Assembly (NCBI GenBank): GCA_035541435.1
Contig: DATKNL010000009.1
Span: 14,687-78,686, forward strand
DNA length: 64,000 nucleotides
Source of the DNA: Minisyncoccota bacterium
GTDB lineage: Bacteria; Patescibacteriota; Minisyncoccia; UBA6257; 2-01-FULL-56-20
Direction: 5' to 3'
A program made the translations under genes and the position numbers. Below, piece by piece: positions 1-7,469 of this stretch (position 1 is its first letter; each line of letters starts with the position of its first letter). The notes below the pieces were generated by a model. The model ran no database searches. It saw only the letters and a list, made by a program, of their open reading frames with translations, and was not told where the DNA came from.

Positions 1-704
1 TCGGCGCGGAGCGGATTCACCCGCAGGCTCGAGGCGAGCGCCTGCGTGAGCGAGAACGATGCAAAATCGCTCTGGGAGTTCCAGGTGAGGCTCCCTTTCT
101 CCATGAAGATGATGTTCGTCGAGCGGCTGCCGATGTCGATGATCATCGTCGGCGTCGGATCGTCCTCGAAGAGCCGCACGAGGCTCAGGCTTTCCATCTC
201 GAGCGTGCGGAGCGAGAGTCCTGCCGACGCGAAGATGTGCTGATAACGCCTGATCTCGGACCGCGGCACCGAAATGAGAAGTACCTTCTGATGTTCGTAC
301 CCCTTGTCGTCCTGATAGTGGCTCACTTTGAGCCAGTCGAGCGCGACCTCGTCGAGCGGCAGCGGTACGTACTGCCGCGCCTGATAGATGAGCGCCTTCT
401 CGATCTCTTTCGGCTCCATCTGCGGAAAGTCGAGCACCGTCGTGAAGACCGAAAAGAGCGGCAACGACGCATAGACGTCCTTCGCGTTCGTCCCCATCTC
501 CTTCACGAGCGTCTTCACGAGCGTGATGACGTCGGACTCGAAGATCTTAAGGCTGCTCGTCTGCAGCGCCTGGTTCGCGCGCGCGAGATAGCCGCTCGAT
601 TCGAGGATGCCGTAATTCAGGATCTTGGGACGTTCGCCAGGAAGGATTTCAGCCGCTTTGATGGAGGTCGTTCCGATGTCGACGGTGAGATAGGGCTTCG
701 CCAT
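1..704 (-). CDS. pilM: Type IV pilus assembly ATPase-like protein PilM (partial, C-terminus beyond window start)
   Basis: Minus-strand translation from ATG (~702-704) gives MAKPYLTVDIGTTSIKAAEILPGERPKILNYGILES..., an actin-like ATPase fold N-terminus typical of PilM. ORF runs off the window edge so is absent from the ORF track. Confidence 0.65.
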   Translation of the reverse strand, partial: MAKPYLTVDIGTTSIKAAEILPGERPKILNYGILESSGYLARANQALQTSSLKIFESDVITLVKTLVKEMGTNAKDVYASLPLFSVFTTVLDFPQMEPKEIEKALIYQARQYVPLPLDEVALDWLKVSHYQDDKGYEHQKVLLISVPRSEIRRYQHIFASAGLSLRTLEMESLSLVRLFEDDPTPTMIIDIGSRSTNIIFMEKGSLTWNSQSDFASFSLTQALASSLRVNPLRA

Positions 705-752
705 GCCGTGAAATTTAAGGGGGTTTTAATGTCCCTTCCCTATCATGATAGC

Positions 753-1478
753 ATGGATTTTTCGCTCTTATTGGAGGTTTTGTTCCCGCGCCGATGCCTC
801 GTCTGCGGGTATCGCGCCCCGAAACCGCCCGAATCGTGGGCCTGCTGCCCCGCGTGCCGCGCGGGCATCGGCGCCCGCCCCATCCGTTCGACGCTCATCG
901 TTCCCCTGCCGCACGGCCCGCCGCGCGCAGTTCCCGTCATGGCCGCCTGCCGCTATGAGTATCATGCGGTCCGCAGTCTCGTGCGCGCGCTGAAGTTCGA
1001 CGGGATCCGCGCCGCCGCGATCCCGCTCGGCGACCTTGCCGCCGAAACGCTCGGGCCTCTTATTAAAGATGGTGCCGCCGCGCTGGTCCCGATGCCGCTC
1101 GCAAAACGGCGCGAGCGCGCTCGCGGGTTCAACCAGGCCGACCTCATCGCTCGCCGGTTCGCGCTTCGCACGAACCTCACCGTCGCGAGCGGCACGCTTG
1201 CGCGGACGCGGTTCAGCAAGCCGCACAGCGCGACCGAAAGCGCCGCGGAACGGGCACGAACGGTGCGCGGGAGTTTTAGTGTTGCCGCTGCCGCGCCGCC
1301 GCGGCGCGTCATCCTCTTCGACGACGTCGTGACGACCGGCGCGACGCTCGGCGAGGCCGCGCGGACGCTGTTCGCCGCCGGCGTGCGCGAAATCGCCGCG
1401 ATCACGGTCGCGGCGACTACGAAGTGGATTCCGGCTGCGCCCGAGGACGGCAGCCTTATTGCGGCAGCAGGGCCTTGA
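753..1478 (+). CDS. comF: ComF family protein (ComFC-like phosphoribosyltransferase, competence)
   Basis: MDFSLLLEVLFPRRCLVCG... with a CxxC zinc-finger-like N-terminus and a C-terminal PRTase motif VILFDDVVTTGATL. In frame with track ORF 237..1478. The upstream 237-752 part is Arg-rich antisense of pilM and was rejected. Confidence 0.75.
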   Translation: MDFSLLLEVLFPRRCLVCGYRAPKPPESWACCPACRAGIGARPIRSTLIVPLPHGPPRAVPVMAACRYEYHAVRSLVRALKFDGIRAAAIPLGDLAAETLGPLIKDGAAALVPMPLAKRRERARGFNQADLIARRFALRTNLTVASGTLARTRFSKPHSATESAAERARTVRGSFSVAAAAPPRRVILFDDVVTTGATLGEAARTLFAAGVREIAAITVAATTKWIPAAPEDGSLIAAAGP

Positions 1479-2358
1479 TGGCGTTGCTCACGGCGAGGAA
1501 CTGTTGATAGGTGTCAGACAGGGACGACAGGGACTGCTGGATGAGCGGGAGCGTCTCGTCGGGCGGGAGCGACTGCACGAGCGCCTGGCGCGCCGACTGG
1601 TTCTCGCTCATCGCGTCGGCAAGCGACGCGCGTGCGGCGACGAAGGCGTTCTCAAGGTCGGCGTTCGGCGCGGCGCTCTCGAGGAACGACACGGCCCGCG
1701 ACGTCTGGTCCATGCGCACCTGCGCCATCGCGAAGAGGTCCTGGCTCTTCGACCACAGGATGAAGTTGTTGACGGCGCCGACGAGCGGCTCATAGGAACC
1801 GGTCCTCCATGCGAGGACCTCCTTCGCGACCGCCTGGCTTCCCGAAATGCCGACGTCGTTCAGCTTGTCGAGCTCGATCGCATAGAAGTTGAGCGCGTCA
1901 TCGAGGCGGCCCGAGAGCTCGGACTGCACGGCCGCGACATCGCCGGTCGACGTCACGTTCTTCAACGACTGCTGCAGCGCCTGAGCCTCGGCCGACGCGC
2001 ACTCGATCGTCTGCCCGAGCAGCTGCTTGCGCAGCGCGAGTTCCTGGCGCAACTCGTCCGCATAGCTCAATGTCGGATCGTTCTGAATCGCGGCGAGCTT
2101 CTTCAGGTCGGCGGCACTCGGCGCGCACGTGTCGACAGGCTGCGGCGGAGGCGTGGGCGTTGCCGGCGCGGTCGAAGTCGAAGATCCGGCGGCGGCGCCT
2201 GCGCCCGTCGTGGACGACGAAATGGCCGGTGTCCCCGTCGCGGCAGGCGACGCCGCGGGCGCATCGGCGGCATGTGCGCGGGCGAAAGGAAGCACGGCAC
2301 CCGCAAGGAGTGCCGCACCGATGACGAACGCCGTTCCGATCCGCCGTGGGATGTTCAT
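1456..2358 (-). CDS. Hypothetical secreted alpha-helical protein (signal peptide plus Ala/Thr/Pro-rich linker)
   Basis: N-terminus MNIPRRIGTAFVIGAALLAGAVLPFARAHA is a signal peptide. Balanced composition, unlike the Arg-rich antisense ORF 1459..2361. Last gene of the sigma / anti-sigma operon. Confidence 0.6.
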   Translation of the reverse strand: MNIPRRIGTAFVIGAALLAGAVLPFARAHAADAPAASPAATGTPAISSSTTGAGAAAGSSTSTAPATPTPPPQPVDTCAPSAADLKKLAAIQNDPTLSYADELRQELALRKQLLGQTIECASAEAQALQQSLKNVTSTGDVAAVQSELSGRLDDALNFYAIELDKLNDVGISGSQAVAKEVLAWRTGSYEPLVGAVNNFILWSKSQDLFAMAQVRMDQTSRAVSFLESAAPNADLENAFVAARASLADAMSENQSARQALVQSLPPDETLPLIQQSLSSLSDTYQQFLAVSNAIKALLPQ

Positions 2359-2383
2359 TAAAAAATCCTTAAACGATGCTTGC

Positions 2384-2878
2384 TTATTGCGAAAGGGCCC
2401 CGAGCGCCTGGTCGACGGACACCGTCGTGGTCGCCGCGGTCGACGATGCGCCAGCCGTTCCCGCCGGCCCCACGGCCTGCGGACTCACGGCGGCCATCGA
2501 CGAACGGAGCGCAGTCGACGTGCTGCGAGACGCGAAGGCGGCGGGCGACGTCGCGATGCCGTCGGGATAGCTCAGGTGCGAAAGCTCGATCTGCATGTCG
2601 ATCGCCTGCGCCTCGGCATGGATGCCGGCGGCGTCGATCACGGAATATTGCACGGGCGTGATGTAGCCCGAATTCGAAAACGCGCCCGTGATGAGCAGGA
2701 TGAAGAATCCGGCGAGGGCCACGGCGGCGCCGGTCTCGATGAACTGCAGGATGCCGCGGAACGGGCTCATCGGCACGGGATTCTGCGCGGTAGCCAAAAT
2801 CGCCCGCTTCGAATGGTCGGCATACGATGCGTCGGGCCTGATCCGCTTAAATTGTCTGAGGGTTTCGAAAAGGTTCAT
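2384..2878 (-). CDS. Putative membrane-anchored anti-sigma factor (single TM, Ser/Thr/Ala-rich extracytoplasmic tail)
   Basis: Immediately downstream of, and overlapping, the ECF sigma gene. ~40-aa cytoplasmic N-terminus, one TM (VALAGFFILLITGAF), then a low-complexity tail. No zinc-finger HxxxCxxC motif, so the function is inferred from topology and gene context only. Confidence 0.4.
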   Translation of the reverse strand: MNLFETLRQFKRIRPDASYADHSKRAILATAQNPVPMSPFRGILQFIETGAAVALAGFFILLITGAFSNSGYITPVQYSVIDAAGIHAEAQAIDMQIELSHLSYPDGIATSPAAFASRSTSTALRSSMAAVSPQAVGPAGTAGASSTAATTTVSVDQALGALSQ

Positions 2879-3422
2879 TTGCTTCGTGGACTCCCAATAT
2901 CTTCTGGAGTTCCTTCATCGCGCGGTGCTGCATGAGCTTCACGGCTCCTTCGGTCTTGCCGATGGCGGCCGCCGTCTCTTTGAGGGAAACGTCTTCGATG
3001 AAGCGCAGGATGATCACGTCCTGATAGTCCGGCTTCAGCTGCTCGATGGCGCGCCGCACTTTCTCGATCTCGAGCTTCGCCGCGAGGTCCGCGCTCACGG
3101 TCGTCGGCACCGCGAAATATTCGGGGTCGAGCGCGTCGAGGGCGATGTCGCTCTTCTTCGCGCGATAGAAGTCGATGACCTGGTTGCGCGCGATCTGATA
3201 GAGCCAGCTCGAGAAGGGGTGGCCCCGGTGCTTATAGGTCCTCACGTTCTGCCAGGCCGAGAGAAAGACCTGGTGGGTGATGTCTTCGGCTTCTTCCCGG
3301 CTTCCGGTCTTTACGAGCACGAACCGATAGATCATCGGCTGATAGCTGTCATAAAGCGCCCCAAAAGCCGAGGAATTGCCCCGGATGGCGTCTTTTATTA
3401 ACTTTTCCTCGCCATCTATCAT
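2847..3422 (-). CDS. RNA polymerase sigma-70 factor, ECF subfamily
   Basis: Region 2 (YRFVLVKTGSREEAEDITHQVFLSAWQN) and region 4 (VIILRFIEDVSLKETAAAIGKTEGAVKLMQHRAMKEL) motifs. 191 aa. Confidence 0.85.
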   Translation of the reverse strand: MIDGEEKLIKDAIRGNSSAFGALYDSYQPMIYRFVLVKTGSREEAEDITHQVFLSAWQNVRTYKHRGHPFSSWLYQIARNQVIDFYRAKKSDIALDALDPEYFAVPTTVSADLAAKLEIEKVRRAIEQLKPDYQDVIILRFIEDVSLKETAAAIGKTEGAVKLMQHRAMKELQKILGVHEANEPFRNPQTI

Positions 3423-3556
3423 ATAAAACGATGGTTTATAGGCCTGGGTTACTCATCAAAAAAGCCCCCTTGGGCCTTAGTGTTTCCTATGCGTATTATA
3501 CGCATCATACCCCCTTTGCGTGCCCGGGTCAAAAGCGGTATATTTGAGCTACTTCC

Positions 3557-4153
3557 ATGGCATCGGTAACACCGGCGTCGATCCTCGAGAACAAGACCCA
3601 TTTTGAGGACCGATTCATTCCCGATCACGCCAAGCTCCTCGCCGTCGTCGAAGGGCTGAAAAAGGACGGCCGGCGCATCGTCCTCACCCAGGGCGTCTAT
3701 GACCTCATCCACGAAGGTCACGCCCTCTATCTTGAGAAGGCGAAATCCTATGGCGACATCCTCGTCGTGGGCGTCGACTCGGACCAGCTCACGAAGCTGC
3801 GCAAGGGACCGAACCGCCCGATCGTCCCCCAGGACGAGCGCGTGAAGATGCTGATCCACCTGCGCCACGTCGACATCGTGACGATGCGCGAGGCGGGCAG
3901 CGACATCGGCGACCTGATCCGGCTCCTGAAGCCCGACGTGCTCGTCACGTCAGAGACGACCGCGGACTTCAAGGATGACATCGAGCGCGGCACCTACACG
4001 AAGTTCTGCCGCGAGATCGTCGTGCTCCCCGCCCAGGCCGCGACGACGACGACCGCGCGCATCCGCAACCTCACGATCGAAGGCGCCGAGAAGCTGGCGC
4101 GCGAAGTGAACAAGCTCACCGAGGACTTCCTGAACGGCATTCGCAACGGATGA
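3557..4153 (+). CDS. Cytidylyl/adenylyltransferase-like nucleotidyltransferase (RfaE domain II / TagD family)
   Basis: GVYDLIHEGHALYLEKAKSYGDILVVGVDSD carries the H-x-G-H nucleotidyltransferase motif and resembles the HldE C-terminal domain. Stop overlaps the next gene's start (ATGA at 4150-4153). Confidence 0.75.
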   Translation: MASVTPASILENKTHFEDRFIPDHAKLLAVVEGLKKDGRRIVLTQGVYDLIHEGHALYLEKAKSYGDILVVGVDSDQLTKLRKGPNRPIVPQDERVKMLIHLRHVDIVTMREAGSDIGDLIRLLKPDVLVTSETTADFKDDIERGTYTKFCREIVVLPAQAATTTTARIRNLTIEGAEKLAREVNKLTEDFLNGIRNG

Positions 4154-4989
4154 ACGGCCCCGTCATCGCCTCATACGTCCCCGCCCTCCACCGGGGCTAT
4201 GTCGACTTCTTCAAGCGTCACGGCGCCGGCGGTTCGCTCTTCGTCGTCGGCAGCGCGTTCCTCAAGGACGTGCCCCGCCTTGAGCGCGACATCCGCGCGC
4301 TTACGCCCGACGAGGTGCGCGAAGCCGTCGGCGCGCTCGGCATTTTTGAAAAAACATTAATTCTTGATGAAAGGAACCTTGACGAACTGCGCGGAGCCGC
4401 CGAAATCGTGATGCCCGACGACGAGGCGAACCGCAATTTCGCCGGCGCGCATCTTGCCGGCGCGCGCGTGACGTTCGTCCCCGTCTTCCTGCGCTGGGAC
4501 CGGCAGATCTCGACGAAGGAGTTCGAAGTGGCGCCCGACCGCATCGTTTCCGAAGACGCATTCGACCGCGACGTGATCGCGGGAGCGCTCGACGAGGCGA
4601 AGAAGAGCCCCGACTGGTGGCGGCAGGTGGGCGCCGTCCTCGTGCGCGACCGCAAGCCGGTCCTGATCGCCCACAACAGCCCGCTGCCGTCGGACTATAC
4701 GCCGAACATCTTCGGCGACCCGCGCAGCAACTTCGATGCGGGCGAGGCGCAGTACAAGGACCTCGGCAAATTCATCCACGCCGAGGCGCAGCTCATCGCC
4801 ATTGCCGCGAAAAAGGGCATCCCGCTCGACGGCGCGTCGCTCTATGTCTCGACCTTCCCCTGTCCCGCCTGCGCGAAATCCGTCGCCGTCGCCGGCATCA
4901 AGGAAGTCTTTTACGCAAAGGGATATTCCCTGCTCGATGCCGAGGACATCCTGAAGATGTTCGGCGTGAGGATCGTGATGGTGAAATAG
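4150..4989 (+). CDS. Two-domain protein: unknown ~150-aa N-terminal domain fused to a dCMP/cytidine deaminase zinc-binding domain (ComEB/dCMP deaminase-like)
   Basis: C-terminal half contains HAEAQLIAIAAKKG...STFPCPACAKSVAVAGIKEVFY, the H-A-E ... P-C-x-x-C deaminase zinc motif. The N-terminal domain (ASYVPALHRGYVDFFKRHGAGGSLFVVGSAF...) is not recognised. Confidence 0.7.
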   Translation: MNGPVIASYVPALHRGYVDFFKRHGAGGSLFVVGSAFLKDVPRLERDIRALTPDEVREAVGALGIFEKTLILDERNLDELRGAAEIVMPDDEANRNFAGAHLAGARVTFVPVFLRWDRQISTKEFEVAPDRIVSEDAFDRDVIAGALDEAKKSPDWWRQVGAVLVRDRKPVLIAHNSPLPSDYTPNIFGDPRSNFDAGEAQYKDLGKFIHAEAQLIAIAAKKGIPLDGASLYVSTFPCPACAKSVAVAGIKEVFYAKGYSLLDAEDILKMFGVRIVMVK

Positions 4990-5010
4990 GAAAGCCGCTC
5001 GGCACGTCAA

Positions 5011-5457
5011 TCACCCGACCCGCGCAAGGATCGGCTTGCGGCCATCGTCCCCACTCGAAGAGACGACGTTCGCGTGCAGATGGCTCACCGACGCGCCCGT
5101 ATAGCGCGTGTCGCCGAACCGCATGATGAGCGTCCCGCCGGGAATGTGCCGCTCGTCCGCCAGATCGGCGACGAACCGATGCAGCTCGTCCCATGCGCCG
5201 GGTTCGAGTTCGCGCAGATCGCCGATGTGCCTCTTATGGATGAGCAACGCATGATGCTTCGCCCCTTCGTATGGGTACATGTTGTCGGTCAGGAGCCAGA
5301 ACGCGCCTTCGCGAAGGATGGGATTTTTGTGATAGCGCACGAGGTTTTCGGGGCAGAACGGGCAGACCCCGTCCTTGCTGATCGCCCTGATCACCTCGCC
5401 GTACGCGCCGCCGTCGGGACGCTCGCCCGTATTCTCGCTGTTCACGAAGCCGCTCAT
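5011..5457 (-). CDS. HIT-superfamily-like nucleotide hydrolase/transferase (GalT/Apa2-like branch?)
   Basis: CPFCP motif and a degenerate histidine triad VSHLHANVV. Last gene of the folA-thyA operon, 4 nt after the thyA stop. Confidence 0.45.
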   Translation of the reverse strand: MSGFVNSENTGERPDGGAYGEVIRAISKDGVCPFCPENLVRYHKNPILREGAFWLLTDNMYPYEGAKHHALLIHKRHIGDLRELEPGAWDELHRFVADLADERHIPGGTLIMRFGDTRYTGASVSHLHANVVSSSGDDGRKPILARVG

Positions 5458-5460
5458 GGC

Positions 5461-6348
5461 CTAGACCGGAGTCGGAATCAGCATCTTCGGGTGCGGATCG
5501 TAATCGGTAAGCATGAAATGGTCCGGCCGGAAATCGAAGATGTCCTTGACCGACGGATCGAGCGCCACGGTGCCGAGGCGGCGCGGCTCGCGCTCGAGAA
5601 GCTCCTTCACCTTGTCGTACTGGCTTTCATAAATGTGCACGTCCGAGAACGTATAGACGACTTCGCGAAGCGAATAGCCGATCACCTGGCCGAGCATGAG
5701 GCCGAACGCCGCATACTGGATGATGTTGAAGGGAACGCCGACCGGAAAATCCGCGCTGCGCTGGAAGTGGTGGATGACGAGCTCCTTCGTCTCGGGGAAG
5801 CACAGCACGTGGATCCATCCGTGGCACGGCGCGACGACCACTTTGCGCGTCAGGCCTTCGTGCTGCAGCGTGTACTGCGGGATCCACGGCGACAGGAAGT
5901 GCGTTCGCAGGTAGGGACGCTCCTTTATCTGCTGTACGAGATGCTTGATCTGATTGAACGGCTCCCCTTCCTTGGTCGGGAAGCTCGCCCACGCCGCCCC
6001 ATACGAACCGTCGCCGAGGTCGCCTTCGGGCAGGCCGAAGATGGCGCACTTCTCTTTGGTCACCCACTTGCTCCACCACTTGCAGCCGAACGCCTCGAGC
6101 TCGGCCTGCGTGCGGGCGCCGTGCAGGAACGCGATGTGCTCTGCGAGCGCTCCCTTGAGGAATGGCCCCGAAAGGTCGCGCTCGGTGATGACGGGGAAGC
6201 CGTTGTCCATCTTGTAGCGCAGCTGCTGCCCGACCAGCATGCGCGCCTTCTCGCCGTGGATCGGCGTCACTTCGACCCCTTCCTCGAAGATCTTGCGGAG
6301 GAGGTTCTGATATTGCGGGTCGGGAGTCCGTTCGGCGTAAGGTTTCAT
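5461..6348 (-). CDS. thyA: Thymidylate synthase (ThyA family)
   Basis: Catalytic motif VAPCHGWIHV (P-C-H) and QRSADFPVGVPFNIIQYAAFGLMLGQV, matching the ThyA QRSCD..G.PFNI signature. Likely start at M7 (MKPYAERTPDPQYQNLLRKIFEEG). Adjacent folA supports a DHF-producing TS. Confidence 0.8.
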   Translation of the reverse strand: MKPYAERTPDPQYQNLLRKIFEEGVEVTPIHGEKARMLVGQQLRYKMDNGFPVITERDLSGPFLKGALAEHIAFLHGARTQAELEAFGCKWWSKWVTKEKCAIFGLPEGDLGDGSYGAAWASFPTKEGEPFNQIKHLVQQIKERPYLRTHFLSPWIPQYTLQHEGLTRKVVVAPCHGWIHVLCFPETKELVIHHFQRSADFPVGVPFNIIQYAAFGLMLGQVIGYSLREVVYTFSDVHIYESQYDKVKELLEREPRRLGTVALDPSVKDIFDFRPDHFMLTDYDPHPKMLIPTPV

Positions 6349-6371
6349 GGGAATATGATGCCTCAATTGTA

Positions 6372-6887
6372 CTATACGGTCCGCACGTAGGTAAGGAAGG
6401 TCATGTCGTAGGGGTTCTTCTCGTCCTTAGCCCGATCCCGCGAATCGGCGAGTCGCCATTCGGCTTCGTTCCATTCCGGAAACCGCACGTCGCCGTCGAA
6501 CGTCCCGTGCACGCGCGTTATATATAGAGTACCGGCGAGCGGCAGGGCTTCGCCATAGATCTCGCCGCCACCCACCACGAAGACCGTGTCGCCGCCTTCG
6601 GAAGCACGGCCCCGCTCGAGCGCCTCGCCCAGCGAATGGGCGACGACGACGCCCTCGGGCGCGAACGAGGGGTCGCGCGTGATCGCGATGTTGGTCCGGC
6701 CCGGCAGCGGCTTGCCGATCGAGGCGAACGTCTTGCGGCCCATCACGATCGGATGCCCCATCGTCGTTGCCTTGAAGAAGGCGAAGTCGGCGGGCAGGTG
6801 CCACGGCACGGCTCCTTTGGAACCGATGACCCGGTGCTCGTCCATGGCCGCGATGAGGCAGATGTTCGGACGCGATGATTCGCTCAT
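6372..6887 (-). CDS. folA: Dihydrofolate reductase
   Basis: ICLIAAMDEHRVIGSKGAVPWHLPADFAFFKATTMGHPIVMGRKTFASIG is a classic DHFR N-terminus. Likely start at M11 of the track ORF. Confidence 0.85.
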   Translation of the reverse strand: MSESSRPNICLIAAMDEHRVIGSKGAVPWHLPADFAFFKATTMGHPIVMGRKTFASIGKPLPGRTNIAITRDPSFAPEGVVVAHSLGEALERGRASEGGDTVFVVGGGEIYGEALPLAGTLYITRVHGTFDGDVRFPEWNEAEWRLADSRDRAKDEKNPYDMTFLTYVRTV

Positions 6888-6952
6888 GAAGCCATTATTG
6901 CACACTGCGCCCGGCATTCAAATGGAATCATTAAAAAATGATTAAACGATCT

Positions 6953-6980
6953 TTGACTTCGGTTGTGCTAAACCTAAAAT
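6953..6980 (+). promoter_or_regulatory. Putative sigma-70 promoter (TTGACT-N16-TAAAAT) giving a near-leaderless transcript for the 6987 gene. A 7-bp inverted repeat AATCATT-N4-AATGATT lies just upstream at ~6926-6943
   Basis: Sequence ttgacttcggttgtgctaaacctaaaatgtttgcATG. The -10 box ends 6 nt before the ATG. Confidence 0.4.
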
Positions 6981-6986
6981 GTTTGC

Positions 6987-7298
6987 ATGACCATCGAAGA
7001 TTTCAACAAACGGTTCGACGAGACGGACCGCCGCATCGACTCCCTGGCGCTCGCGTGCCAAGAGGAATTCGCCGCCATACATCAGGAGTTCGCTGGAATC
7101 CATGAGGAGTTTGATGGAATCCACAAAGAAATCGCTGGAATCCACGGGGAAATAGCCTCCATCAGGCAGGAGATGGCGACGAAGCAGGACCTCTTCCAGA
7201 TGGAGGCCCGCATCACGGGTGCGATCCACGACATCCTCGCCGAAATCAAGAATCACGATCTTCGGCTGCTGCGCCTCGAACGGATCGTGAAACCCTGA
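6987..7298 (+). CDS. Small coiled-coil protein with five 7-aa (21-bp) tandem repeats (EFAAIHQ / EFAGIHE / EFDGIHK / EIAGIHG / EIASIRQ)
   Basis: Regular heptad periodicity and balanced composition. Preferred over the overlapping minus ORF 6942..7370. Repeats visible at DNA level, ~7060-7165. Confidence 0.5.
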   Translation: MTIEDFNKRFDETDRRIDSLALACQEEFAAIHQEFAGIHEEFDGIHKEIAGIHGEIASIRQEMATKQDLFQMEARITGAIHDILAEIKNHDLRLLRLERIVKP

Positions 7299-7326
7299 TG
7301 CGGTAACCTTCCCTTTGTTTCCTTTC

Positions 7327-7401
7327 TGGAGCGGGTAACGGGAGTCGAACCCGTATCTCGACCTTGGCAAGGTCGCATAATAGCCGCTATACGATACCCG
7401 C
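7327..7401 (-). tRNA. tRNA-Gly (anticodon GCC), CCA encoded
   Basis: Reverse complement GCGGGTATCGTATAGCGGCTATTATGCGACCTTGCCAAGGTCGAGATACGGGTTCGACTCCCGTTACCCGCTCCA. 7-bp acceptor stem, anticodon stem CGACC/GGTCG with loop TTGCCAA, T-arm ACGGG-TTCGACT-CCCGT. Confidence 0.85.
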
Positions 7402-7469
7402 TTTATTGGATTATTGTATAGATTCCCGCAAAAATAGCAACCCGAAGAAAGCGGGTGTCGGCGGACGGA

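Noticed and set aside
237-752. N-terminal 172 codons of track ORF 237..1478 (MLITPDLGPRHRNEK...)
   Set aside because: Arg/Leu-rich with a low-complexity pattern. It lies antisense to a clean PilM-like coding frame on the minus strand, and ComF begins convincingly at the internal ATG 753 (MDFSLLLEVLFPRRCLVCG).
5461-6348. ThyA homologue as a dUMP/dCMP hydroxymethylase (phage-type hypermodification enzyme)
   Set aside because: Immediate operon partner is DHFR, which is required only when a true thymidylate synthase oxidises CH2-THF to DHF. Sequence motifs are TS-like and there is no phage context.
6942-7370. Minus-strand 142-aa ORF overlapping the coiled-coil gene and the tRNA-Gly region
   Set aside because: It runs through the tRNA-Gly gene and has no motif. 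The plus-strand product shows regular heptad repeats and a promoter directly upstream.
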